In this document: positions 36,401 to 49,245 of the stretch, one piece after another | How positions within the stretch are numbered: the first letter of the stretch is position 1 | Layout of the letters: every line of letters starts with the position of its first letter | Source: Squalus acanthias | Taxonomy: Eukaryota | DNA: 64,000 bases | NCBI GenBank assembly: GCA_030390025.1 | Contig: CM059444.1 | Span: forward strand, 35,712,001 to 35,776,000 | Direction: 5' to 3' | Translations under genes and position numbers: made by a program | The notes under the pieces: model-generated | What the model was told of the DNA's origin: nothing | Seen by the model: the letters and a program-made list of their open reading frames with translations, nothing else | The model's database searches: none

Positions 36401-39093
36401 ATACAATCTAATTTTTATAGATTTGTAATAGTAGAACAATAAATCCAGAACACAGCCAGATGCAGAGTTGTGACTGAAATTGTACAAATGCTAGCATCTA
36501 ACACATAACCAAGTTTAAAACACCAACTGCACATAGGATTTAAAAATCAAATCTATGGAGGATTTTCTCTGTACAATAGTCTCAAGTAGTTTTTAAACTA
36601 TGTACCAAGCATAAAACCTGTAAATGCAGATTGCTGTGATTAGTTTTCTTCAGACTTGGTCTCAAGCACATCTCTACTCTCAGCAAATTAAGTCCCAACT
36701 CCTGGAACTTCTCCCTTGCAATTTCCCCAATGCAGCATTTTCTTCCAGACTGCGAGAGTGTAAAGGAGACATTTCATATTTGACTTGGGAGTAATTAAGC
36801 CAGATTAGTTTTGAAACATTTGACCATGAATTCTTAAAACTTGACATAATTGCAGAGAGAGAAAATGTCAAGCTTAATAAAACTTAGATTGATAATTAGA
36901 AGTAGCACCACAGAATAACTACTCATTCCATCCTGGGACAACATTGCCCGAATAGCATTTTGTAGTTCAGAATTTAAAAAGACAAAAGCAGACTGTGGGG
37001 AGACAGGAGGAAGGGAAAACAGAGAAATTGACTGCAACCTTCAAGATAAACTACTGATGCCCAGTCTCTTGCCTGTATCTTGATCACATTTAAAAAAAAT
37101 AGGATCAGGTTAAGTCTGTAAATGGATTGAGGAAGCAAAAAAAAGGTTTAGAAACCCCACAGCTTCAGAATATTCTGTGAAAGGATGATTGCTAAGTCTC
37201 TAGAAAAACCCTTCACAGCCAAATAGGTGAAACTTGCTCCACAAGACACTTCACCCAACCCCCATTGAAAATTGCCAAGATCATGGTCATAGCTCAGAAT
37301 AGTTAAAAGACATCAAGTATTGATAGCAAGGTGAGTCAGTGTGACAATAGGCAAGTGCTATTAGTGTACTTTTAAAGAAACTTTAAATAGGAACTTCAGT
37401 CTGAGCATGGAGATCTCAGTACATGTGAACTGCAGGACTAAACTGTTGGGCTAGTTTAAAAGCTTCAGTTTCTGTTCAGTCAGCCATGAAATTGTTAATA
37501 ACATTCCACAAATCTATTTGTAAAGATAAGAACACAAGTCCTATCTGATGTACCAAGCATTCCAGTATTTTGCTGTACATTTTTTTTGCCAAGTTTTCCT
37601 TTGCATACCAAAAAGTTTAGCAAATGCTACGATAAAAAATACAGCTGAATGAAATAAACTTAATGTTAAAACAATTAATGATCCTATTTAATGCAACTCA
37701 ACTCAAGTGGATAGGGAAATCTTATGCAACCTCCAAGCAGCAGTCTCTTACTCCATTCTCCAATTTTTTTTTTTTTAAACAGGTAAACACTGCTAAATTA
37801 GATGCTACATTCTAAACTTCACATCAAATGCCTTTATGCAAGCCCAAAGTAAGCAAAGTTGCTGCACAATGTGTACCAATCTTTTGGATAATTGTACGGT
37901 ATGTAGACTAAGGAAATATGCAATTTCTTTCACATGCGAAGTGCAAGAATTTCAGAAATGTGGAATTGGACCCTTTGAGTCAAATGATAAATTGTTGTTC
38001 ATCTGCTAAGGGATGTCTTTGGGGACATGCCAGGGGAACCAACATTCCTTTCCAAACTATAATTGTCCCAACAGTTCAGAAGAGTTCTCTGGATTAAAGT
38101 ACTTGGCTACAGTGGAATATGAAGTGTATGCTGCAAACAATTTTAATTATGTTTACCTTCCAGATTTAACACTAGCACAATAATGGATCTACTTGCAAGC
38201 TCAACTGCATAAATCAGAGTGGTGGTTAATTGGACAGGATACATCACCACCAATTCCACTGGAATGAGCTCAGAGACTCTTCCTTTGTCATGGTTTATGA
38301 AGGCTGTTTATATTACCTGGAGTGCTTTGATCAATTTTCACTGCTGACCCAGCTGCAGCCCATTCGATTTGAAGTTCAAAATGGTACAAGCATTCCACCA
38401 TCAATTGGTTGTCACATCCTACAGATCTTTAGAATCTTAGCAATGGGGCTATGCAACATCTGCTTTAAGAAAGGCCTTAGAATGCTTAAGAGTCTGATTA
38501 CAGCTTTTACAAAGCTTATTAACCCATGCCAATTGAAAAGCTAGAAGACTAATGGAATGGCTTTTGACTAGTCTAAAAAAGGTTCATCTGCAAAAAAGGC
38601 TAACAATGAAGTTAATGGGTACACAATTCAAAAATGAGTCAGGTACATAGGTTTGAGCCAACATCTATGTTTAATGCCAAAACCAAACTAAAATCAACAT
38701 TAATCCATTTAAAAAAAAAGTTAATTGCCAATATACATTGAGGAATGGAATTTCAGTCAGAAGCATAGACCTGACTCAAGATTCCAGCTTAGCTACTGAA
38801 GTTGTACACAGTATGGTTTTAAATTGTAAAAAAGTGGCTTTTAAAAACATGACAGGTTGCAAGTCAACAGTTGTGTTAACATTAACAGTTGTCAGTAAGA
38901 CTCATTAGATGGGGGATTAGATTAGTGTTTGCAATCAGTCCTGTAACTAAATTAGAATCGAGCTATTTACTTGTACATTAGCCTGTTAATAAGACAATAT
39001 CCAGTCACTGCTTGTGCTGGATTCCATGTTCCAAAGTTAAAGTGTGAGCTCAGTCTTTCATGCTACGGTGCAGAAACACAGTAACCACTTCTG

Positions 39094-39272
39094 GAACAAA
39101 AAACCAGAAAATGCTGGAACCATGCAGGCGGTCAGGCAGCATATGCGGATATAGGAGTTTGATCTCAGGTGTGGACTCTTCCCCCCCACACACACACGAA
39201 ATCCTCAGTTCGCTCCATAGCTGCTGCCCAACCTACTGTTTCCAGCATTTTCTGTTTGTCTCAGATTTACAG
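39094..39272. mobile_element. Palindromic Penelope-derived remnant
   Basis: cagaaaatgctggaa..ggcagca pairs with tgctgcc..ttccagcattttctg; arms match the 33052 and 11230 elements. Confidence 0.6.
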
Positions 39273-39619
39273 CTGCAGCTTTTTCCTAAGAGTACTGAAC
39301 AAGTCTCAAACCGAGCCTCTATCACATCAAATTGTAACTAAACTTAAAAATCATATCTCCTACATGAAAAGGTAACCAGTGTGGACAGGTAAAGTTAGAT
39401 TTCCCCCCACCCCCTCAAAAGGACACTGGCAGGGGCTCTCCATAAAACAACCATTGGATCAGTTTCATTTTAATAGTATATTGTAATAGGATTCATTATT
39501 ATGCAATGTAAACATTCTACCAGCCTATTTCTTAATGTATTTTAATAGACTAGCGTTATGAAAGATGGGAGGGATGTGCAGGACACACGAAGGGCTCCAA
39601 TGTTCTTGGTGCACCTAAT

Positions 39620-40090
39620 CCCACTGCCCTGCCATCTTTCTCCACTTCAAATATTCATCCAATTTTCCTTGAGGCGCAGCGATAGTCTCTGCCTCAACTC
39701 TCCCGTGGCAAGGCATTCCAGGCTCATCAACTGAGTGAAGAAATATCTCCCAACCTCCCTCACTTCACATTGACAGACACCCCAGAGGAGAGTCTCAAAA
39801 ATCACCTTAGACTTTCCTCCACCAAATGGAAATAGGCCAAGCATCCCCAGTCTCAAGAGTTTCTCCATCCCAGCCATCATCCTGATAAAACATTAAAGGG
39901 TGGGGTGCCCAAAACTGGCATAACTAATGCCTTGTATAAATTGATTACTTTACTTTTGTATCCTATGCCCCTAGTTATAGAACACAAAATGCTGTTTTAT
40001 GACTTTAATCTACTTGCACTTGCAGTAAAATTTGGACCCTAGATGTCGGTGCATCCACACTATTTAGCATCTATCCAGTGAATGTCTACT
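39620..40090 (-). mobile_element. Old degenerate CR1-like LINE fragment
   Basis: Minus-strand traces of GRYFFTQ and ccagttttgggcacccca (QFWAPH) CR1 ORF2 motifs. Confidence 0.5.
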
Positions 40091-42966
40091 TCCAGTTCTT
40101 AAAACCAAATACACTGCAAAAGCAGTGTGGTCTCCATTTTTATTCAAACCTACTCACACAGAACATGTGGCCAAGTTAAGTGTAGGGTATTGGCACCAAC
40201 TGAGACACTTACATCTCCTAGGTTATTGCTCAAGTATTCTGGGGTGGGAAGCCCATTGACTGTATAGACAGATTTATCTCAGATCTTGCAGTCTACAGGG
40301 AGACTATGGGGTTTGAATGTACTTAAAGACAAGCTTCAGTCTTGTGCATCAGAGATCTGACTAAGAGTTTTGCATTCTCTGGACAACAAATGGAAGATGA
40401 CTTCACTGCTACTGCAGCTCATGCATCGGTCTTAGGAAATACCAGAACCAGGACTCCCTAGAAAAGCAGTTCAATGGTTACCCTCTCCTTTCCACTCTTC
40501 CATCTTTCCTCCCTCCCACACAAATTTTAGAATCCATGCTTCTTACTCCAGGAGATCTTCACATTTCCCTCCTTCATGAAGGGGTGCTTTAAGTCAATAT
40601 TGGGTGCAGAGGAAAAAAATTTCATTCTATTTTTTAAAAAAAAGATTTCATAACTGCTTTATTAAGTCCAATTATAAATACATTAAATGTCAGTCTTGAC
40701 AACACCCACACCAAGAATGAAAAAAGTTGCAAAATTCAAATTGGTGCACAAGTTACTCAGTTTGAAAAATGGAAACAGGACAAAGCAGCAACAAAAAGGC
40801 CTCTAATGCATGCTAATACTTCAGATTTTTAGTCTATTAAATGCTCCAACAGGAATCACTCCTTTCACTTCCTCTCATCCAACATGCCCCAGGTAGCATA
40901 TGATCCAAAAAGTACAACTGTGAGCGGCAAAAGAATATTGAAGGCTTCCACTACAATAGATACTCCAAATCAAGGCGTGAGCTTTAATTTTGGGTAATAA
41001 ATTCTCAACCATCCACATTGACCTAGCAAGATAAATGTATGCTTTGTGAAGGCCAAAAGCAGGACTATCTATCCAAAAATAAGAAAATGGAGACAAAAAA
41101 CCAAGCCACTTGAAGAATCAGTGAGTATATTACTCTAGATATATACTACCTAGTTTCCTTTAGGCTGCACATCTACTCCTTTGATCTGCCGACTTGATAA
41201 TATACAAGGTCATGTAATGTCACCTTGTAGGTGTTCCACTGCATTTTCTGACATTTCCATCAGAAACTAGATTTTTCCAAATGCACAGATGACCACTGGA
41301 TGTGAATAGTTTTATTAGAGCTTTAAACTGAAGCCTTAAAGTTGTTCAGTGCACCGGATTAAATGCATTACTAGCCATGCTACTGATCATGTGACATCTG
41401 GAACAGCAAAGTTCTTCAGAGTTGCTGCTTTCCATTTTAAATTCACTATCTTGAAAGCTGCAAGTTTAAAAAAACCTGAGCAAGACTTTTTAAACTCAAT
41501 TGCTGAGCTCACAGGTCAGTGTACCTGCCTCAATTACACTCTACTCCATTCACTGCTGGAAATAAAAACCCTTAGAACAGTGTAGGTGGTGTGAAGAAAA
41601 CACTGATGAGGCTCACGTTCACATGAATAGAATGCCCCTCCTTTGGTCATAAGTTTTCATGCCAAGACTAAAGTACAACTCTTCTTTAAATACCTTTAAT
41701 GCTCATTACCAAGTTGTTGCGCAGTAACATGACTTAAAGAAGATGTCTTATACCACTTAAAAATTACTATGGAACCAGATCAGGAGAACCCAAAGTAATG
41801 TTATTTGGGGGTGGGGGGGGAAATTGTGGCAAGATGGAAAAATCCTGTAGCTTTTGAGCAAAGAAGGGTTTCCATTTTAGAAGAGAATACTGCAGTATAA
41901 TCACACATTCCAGAAAACATCTTCAACCAATTATACCCCATACTATGAGCAAACACTTCTCAACCACAAGGGGCACAAAGGAATAGTAGCTCTTGATTTT
42001 TCACTTCTTCAAATCCAGATGCTAGGCAAGGTTTACACATTCAAGGCATGAGCAAAATTAGCTTCAATGGATGAACTAATGATTTGTGGTATAGCTGACA
42101 TTTACAAAACAATTGTTTAAGTTTAGTAGCTGCATGTAGAAAGGTTAAGAGTTGCCAGAAGGTCTAGTCATATACAAAATGTGCTTTGCTGGATAGGTAT
42201 ACATACCCTGCTTCAAAACAATACCAGCTGCTAACTTCTCGCTCACAGGCAGAAATGAAAATATCAACTTCATTGCTCAATGAATGCTTTTCTATTCTTG
42301 TGGCACATGTCTATACTTTCAAGACCCTTGAGTATTTGCACACTAGAGACAGGCCAGTTTACCTTGCATTGAGAATGACACTGAATGGAGTAAAGCATGC
42401 CTTGACTGCCATATCACTGCTTAGTAGTTGCAACCTAGCAGATGTCTTGATTGCAATAGTGAGAACCTGACTATCCTTGTGATTCCTACATCATTTCTCC
42501 ACTAATCTTACTAGGACAGAAGATCCTTTGAAAACACAAATCTCCAAACCACTCAAAAAGTGAGCTGCAGCAAGAAGAAACCAAGAAAACAATCTGCAAT
42601 GATTAGAATTTTCTTTTACAGACAAAGATTAGTGATTCAACTACCAAGCCATTCAAAATGAAATTTTCCATTCTTTGATCAAAAATACTGGAGTCCGTGC
42701 AGCATCCTTCGATAGCTGAAGCATGCACTGAACACAGTAGAAATTATGCAACACTAGTGTAACCTCAAGAATAATTTTGTAACATTATCCTTGAAATCAG
42801 TTATCGATCTTTAGTTACTTCCACCCCAAAGTCATGCAAAGGCAGTGTTCCCTGGTGCATATTTTACAAACATTTCTGGGTTCAAGGAGACAGCAGCAGC
42901 ACCAACATGTGGGTCCATACTTAAGATTCTGGATCTCTTAATTGCACCTTCAAATTAGGACTTCAC

Positions 42967-44113
42967 GGACTGTAATTTGCAACCCATGGACATGTACGAG
43001 GTGTACACATGCCTGTAAGGGCCATGCAAGTTCCAGGTTTTGGCATGCAAAGCACATGTGCAAAAACCACAGAACTTGCAATCTGAATTCTCTTGACAGA
43101 TCATCCGCATCCCTGGGAAAAGGGTCTCTGCGGGCGGAGAGTTGCACTATTTGCCTAACTTCCCCCTGCCCGTTGAATGTCTGAAATTCTTACACCTGGT
43201 AAAAGCAGGTGTAAGGCCTGCTTTTACCAGGAGAGTTTAAAAAAATCATGCATTTCTACTTTAAAAAAACTTCTGGACAGGGTTTTTTTAAAAGAAAGAA
43301 AAGACTTGCATTTATATAGTGCCTTTCACGACCACCAGACATGTCAAAGCACTTAACAGCCAAAGTACTTTGAATTGGAGTCAGTTAGTGTGGGAAACAC
43401 GGCAGCCAATTTGCACACAGCAAGTTCCCACAAACAGCAATGTGATAGTGACCAGATAATCTGTTTGTGTGATGTTGATTGAGGGATAAATATTGGCCAA
43501 GACACTGGGGATAACTCCCCTGCTCTTCGAAATAGTGCCATGGGATCTTTTACGTCCACCAGAGAGAGAGCAGACGGGGCCTCGGTTTAACGTCTCATCC
43601 AAAAGACAGCACCTCCGACAGTGCAGCACTCCCCTCAGCATTGCACTGTCAGCCTAGCTTGATGTGCTCAAGTCCCTGGAGTGGGACTTGAACCCACAAC
43701 CTTCTGACTCAGAGGTGAGTGTGCTACCAACTAAGCCACAGCTGACTCATTAAAACAAATTTCAAAAAGTCAATTGTTTAAAATTAAAATGCCATTTCAA
43801 TATTTTAATGTAATTTTTTAATATTTGTGTTAGTGTATTTATGTGATCCCAATCATACTTGTGGGAGTTCTGTACAAATGGAATCCCCATAAGTATGAAT
43901 GGTGATTCCCTTTTATTGGTTGGGCTGACCCACATGATCACAGGGGCACTTGCAAACCACCTGCACCCCTGGGATACGTGGGCCTTTACCCATGGGTATC
44001 CAGAGGCGCCCAGGAGCACAAGTCTCCGTACCTCCCAGACCACCAGGTAAATGCATAGATTTTTCACAGGTCAGAGGCATCCGCAAAAAGCCTTGGACCG
44101 CAAATTTTGGGCC
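42967..44113. mobile_element. Non-autonomous TIR element related to 17772-18533, interrupted by a SINE
   Basis: Right end gcaaattttgggcc; degenerate left end ggactgtaatttgc; similar GC-arm / AT-core layout and hairpins. Confidence 0.6.
43291..43746 (-). mobile_element. Full-length DeuSINE (SacSINE1-like)
   Basis: A box TGGCTTAGTTGG, B box GGTTCAAGTCC, Deu domain (ggatgagacgttaaaccgaggccccgtctg..gtaaaagatcccatggcactatttcgaagagcagggg), L2-type tail aaaggcactatataaatgcaagtctttt. Confidence 0.88.
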
Positions 44114-45585
44114 AATATTGGAAACAGGCAAGAGTTCGAACACAAATACTGACCAAGCCCTATTCCATGAACAGATACAAAAACACCTTTGCTTATCATT
44201 TACAGCCAAAAGTAAAATTAGTGAAAGAGAAAAACTTACCAATTTTTCTCAAGTGCATTTATAAGGACTACACCCAGGATTAAAGATTACAAAGTGTGGC
44301 ATGCAGCTTCATAAACATGATTGTTTACATGTATGCAAGACTATTCAGGAGAGGTGAGGGAGGGAGAAGTGGAAGAGAGGTCAAAACAGCAGATCCAAAC
44401 AATACATTTGTTTCTTTTCAGTTATACTTTGAAACGCTCAAGATTAATCACTTCACTAGCTTGGCAGGTGAAAGCATTCACACTGCACAATTTTATAAAC
44501 TAAGTATTTCAGTGCATTTATCCTGCAGATACACATTAGACCCATTTAAAAATGACCAGAGGGCTGTAAAACAGGTGCACAAACTACACTGGTTGCAGAA
44601 GGCATACATTATGGAGCTATAGTAGATTTTTTTTTATATAAAAAGGAGGTATAACAAAATTGGGGAACAACCGCTGAAGATTATCTGAAGCACATGGAAT
44701 AGCTGACACTATCAACCATTACTACATTGAAGTCTGGTATATAGCCGCTTGATCCATCACAGTCCACATTTTTTTTTAATATAAAAGTCACGCACTGCCA
44801 CCAGGCACATGGGAACAATTACATGAAATACATCTATAAATGTGCAGTTTGCAGTACCTGCAGTGGTCAAGACAATAATCTTCAAATCAAAATATCACTC
44901 TGCATTAAAGCTATACTGCATTACTGAATATATTGAAACAGCATTGTGCAGTGCTCATTAACAAAAAAAAAATCACATGCACACCACATTGAGTTATAGC
45001 AGACAAACTTTTAAAAATTCTTCTCAATTGGGTGTAACACATCTGGTCTTTACTGGGGGTCAGGTGCATCTAGTCATCACAAGTTGTAAAAACACTGGAA
45101 AAATAAATCACAATAGCATGCAACTCCAAAAAGCTAGTAGCAAGACAGCAAGTCAGTACAGGACAAATCTCCGCTCCATAATGAGCAAAACAACATTGAA
45201 GATTTGTATTGTAATTATCTTATGCAACAAACCAGGAACACAAGTTAGCACCTAACTAAACTGTTAATACATTTGGAAGAACCTGCAAGAAGATCCACGC
45301 AGCTGAAAATGGATTGATTTTTGTTTAATTGGCAGGTTAAAATCCTCAGCAAAATGCAGTGAGAAACTCAGTAGGGTTTTTTTTTTTAATTCTCACTGAC
45401 CTGGATTAGAGGCATTTTAAAAAAATCCTTCCTCCTTCATACCTTAAGGCAGTCAAGATGCTAAATAATGGCAATTTTATATTGTTTTAAGTGTGAGGCC
45501 GACTCTTGATATGCAACCAGCGACAGCAAAGTTTAGATTTGCTAGGGATAGTAATGGAAGAGACTCATTTTAAAAAAACTAATTC

Positions 45586-45870
45586 AACAGCACCTCCCAA
45601 ACCCACAACCTCTCCACCTAGAAGGACATGGGCAGCAGGCACATGGGAACACCATCACCTCCAAGGTCACACCAGCCTGACTTGGAAGTATATCGCTGTT
45701 CCTTCATCACTGGGTCAAAATCCTGGAACTCCCTACCCGACAGCACTGTGGGAGTACCTTCACCACACGGACTGCAGCGGTTCAAGGTGGCTCACCACCA
45801 CCTTCTCAAGGGCAATAAATGCTGGCCTTGCCAGTGACTCCCACATACCAGGAATGAATTTTTTTTTTAA
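45586..45870 (+). mobile_element. LINE (CR1-group) 3' end
   Basis: SFITGSKSWNSLP..GLQRFK..HHHLLKG motif followed by tail aataaatgctggccttgccagtgac. Confidence 0.7.
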
Positions 45871-46577
45871 AAAGTTACCAGCCTGAGCAAATCCAGGATG
45901 TTACTTTGGTATTGCCTCAAGCTGCAGAAGGCAAGCACATAAACACCATCATAGCACGAAATACAAGAGCAGTTAAAATATCCATTTGTTTTGGCATAAA
46001 ATTAACACTTCATGTGGCAGAACACAGTAAGGGACAACAGCAAAGAGCAATTTATTTAATTCTGAAAGCCAACAAGTCTGAAATATATTTAAAAAATTCT
46101 ACAACCTGATCATTTTGCTCAGATTACATATATTTCCCCCCCCCCCCCCCCACCACCCCCCCAGCTGCCCCAACCACGTCCTGAAACAGGTTTCCCTGCA
46201 AGATGTAAGCGCTATTTCTGGTATCCAGTGAATAAATCACACCACCAACTACAATAGTTCCTTTTGTACTACCTCCTCTAAGACTAGCAGACCATTTCCC
46301 CAAATAAACTTCTCCATTAATCATCTAATACAAACAGAGCTTGGTTATAGTAGGAAGCTTTCATCCACTATTTTATTCAGCACAAACTAGGAGCGAGAAT
46401 GTTCTATTATTGCACCCATCCAGGTTATTTTGACTCAATATAGATGAGTTAGTTTCATGCATTTAAAAATAAATCAATTTCTGGTATAGATGGCTACTAT
46501 TGGTTGGACAGAGAAACTGAACAGCGAGATCAACTAGTTTAACTCTTCCACTCCACCCATGCTTTATGTCCTGATGG

Positions 46578-46611
46578 TGTGGGAAGAGGAAGTTACTTCC
46601 TGAAACAGGAA
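46578..46611. promoter_or_regulatory. Candidate enhancer motif cluster (RBPJ plus three ETS cores)
   Basis: TGTGGGAA followed by AGGAAGT-t-ACTTCCT palindrome and CAGGAA; motif-level evidence only. Confidence 0.3.
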
Positions 46612-47439
46612 AAGGTTCCAGCATTGTATAAAACCAGATAGTGATCGGCCAGCTTTGAATTTTAACAGCAATTTGATTGAGAGCAATGATGAAACAAGGT
46701 CACTGCACATGACCATCAGATCCTGTTTACACATCTAGTCTCTTGCATAACTGAACAGTGGTCTTTTTTTTTAAAGTCACCTACATCCTTGCGGGGCAGG
46801 GGGGGGGGGTTGTGTGGAAACACCACATTTAACTAAAAAAAAGTGTTTAAGAAAGCTTTTAAAAAGTGGAACTTCTGTTCAGCAGCTCACGAGGCTAATT
46901 TCCAACAGAATGTTTGCCCAATTCACTGAGGCAACACATCAGAATGTTGACAGCAACAATACAACCCACATTTTGCCACCAAGGATTGAGCTCACTGACT
47001 GGGACGAGTACATCCTGGACAAGTGGTTCACAAATTTTATTTTTGGACATGGTTAAAAATGAGTGCAACACAAATGTAGGACCAATTCTCCATTGTCCTG
47101 CTTAAATGAGTCTGGGTTGAAGAACAAATAACAGATTCTCTATCCTGAAACTGAAAGTTACTACACAAGTTGCCAGGGCTTGATCTTGGCACATAACATT
47201 ACTGCCAACCATCCGACAAAAGCAGCTGTGAGTGAAGCTCTTTGTACCTAGCTAAACACATTCCATGCTAGTGAAGTCACTTTTCCTGCAAGTGGGAAAT
47301 AAAAGCACTGGGCAGCGAGAGCAAACATGCAATCCAACTGTTTGCAATTCATTCTCCATCCATAGACTTCAAAAATATTGGCTGCGTGAGGGGCTAAACC
47401 CACAGATAGCACACAAACAGTATACAGTAGATAGAATGT

Positions 47440-49245
47440 TTAGCAGCTTTCATTTATAGAACTCCTTGAACATCAAAAAACATCCAAAAGGTGAGTCACA
47501 GTTGGAATCAGACAAAAATGGGCACAGAGCCAAAGGAGGGGTGGTTAAAAGCTTGGTCAGTGGGCAGTTTTAAGGACAGTCTTAAAAGGAGGGGAGAGGG
47601 AAAAACAGCTCATGGAGGGAGAGTGTGGGACCTGTATAGCTGAAGACATGGTCACCAATGGTAAAGGTAGGGGGAAGGGTGGGGGAGAATGCACAAGAGG
47701 CCAGGGTTAGAGGGCTGGAGGAGAGAGGCCATGAAGGGATTTAATCATAAGGATGAGAATTTTTAAATTGGAGGCATTGAGGAAACTGAAGCCAATGTTG
47801 GTCAAAAAGGACAGAAGTGAGTGTATAGGATGAGATCAACTGAAGTTTACAGAGTGTGCAGGATCAAAGGGCAGCCAAGAGAACATTGGAATAGTCAAGT
47901 CTGGACATGAAAGGATTACATAGAATATACAGCACAGAAACAGGGCATTCAGGCCAAATAGTCTGTGCTGGTGGTTTATACTCCACAGGAGTCGCCTACC
48001 ATTCTATCTACCTGATCTCAGCATATCTTTATTCTTTTCTCTCAAGTACTCCTAGTTTCCTTTTGAAAGCATCCAAGCTACTTGCCTCAACCATTTCTTG
48101 TGGTAGCAAGTTCCACATTCTGGCAACGCTAGACATTTCTCTAATTAATAAATCCAATAAGGAAATAAAGAAAAAACCAACCTGTTAAATCTTTCCCAAA
48201 AGCTGTAATCTCTGGTACCATCCTTGTAAATTTTTGAACTTTTCCAGTGCTTCTACATCCTTTTTATAGTATGGAGACTAGAACTGTGCACAGTACTCAG
48301 TGCAGCCTGAGCAGGGTCCTATACAAGTTTAGCATAATTTCACTACTTTTGAATTCTATACTGCTAGAAATTTAATTTTGCTGTGCTGCTTTTAATGATT
48401 TGCTCACTGTATCCCTAGATCTCTGCTCCAAAAAGAAAATGCAAGTCTTTCTTTCTGCTTGAAGGTTTTTATTTTTCCTACCTCACATTTATCCATGTTG
48501 AAGTTAATTTGCCACTGAACTGCCCAGTCAGCAAGTTTTCTAACGTGTTATGTTGCATTCAGTGTTAGCTATACCTCCCAGATTGGTGAAAAGTTTCAGC
48601 AGCAGGGGCAATGTTATGGGAGGTGGAAGTCAGCAGTCTGATGGAGTGAATGAGGTCAGAGGCTCAACAAGGTCCAATAAGGTGTGGAGGTTATGAATAG
48701 TCTGGATCAACCAGAGTGGCTGGGGGAGGAGATAGTGTATGTGACAGGGGCCAAAGACAATGGCTTGAGTCTTCCCAATATTTAACTGGAAGAAATGGTT
48801 GCTCAACCAAGACTGGATGTTAGACAAGCAGTGGAGGGGTCAAAAGAGATGGCGAGCCGAGAGTCATCAACATACACATAGAAGGTGAACCCATGTCTGT
48901 GGATGATAGGAGGGGGGTCAAGGAAAGATCCTTGGGGAGATAGTTGCACAGGGGCAGGAAGCAAAGCCATTGCTACAATTGGATAGGCAAGAGTGGAACC
49001 AAGCAAGGGCAATCCCACTCAGCTGGACAACAGAGGAGGTATAGAAGGATGGCGTGGTTAACCATGTCAATGGCTGCAGAGGTCAATGAGGTTGGAAAGA
49101 GAAAGTGCGCTAGTCACATTCACCAGAAGATGTAACTTGTGACTGATTGGGGCCGTTGCAGTGGTAGGGACAGAAACCTGGAGAGATTCAAAAATGGGAG
49201 TTGCAGGAAAGATGGGCATGGATTGGGGAGGCAACATGTTCAATT
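47440..49245 (-). mobile_element. L2 LINE fragment split by a CR1 insertion
   Basis: 47440-47905 matches the L2 3' end; 48590-49245 gives L2 RT remnants (PQGSFL, FYVYVDDSRL, IQSWLSNHFFQLNIGKTQAIVFGP). Confidence 0.7.
47907..48590 (-). mobile_element. CR1 LINE 3' fragment nested in L2
   Basis: Reverse complement resembles 59850-60630 (gagtactgtgcacagttct, tataaaaaggat, tail gtgctgta). Confidence 0.7.
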
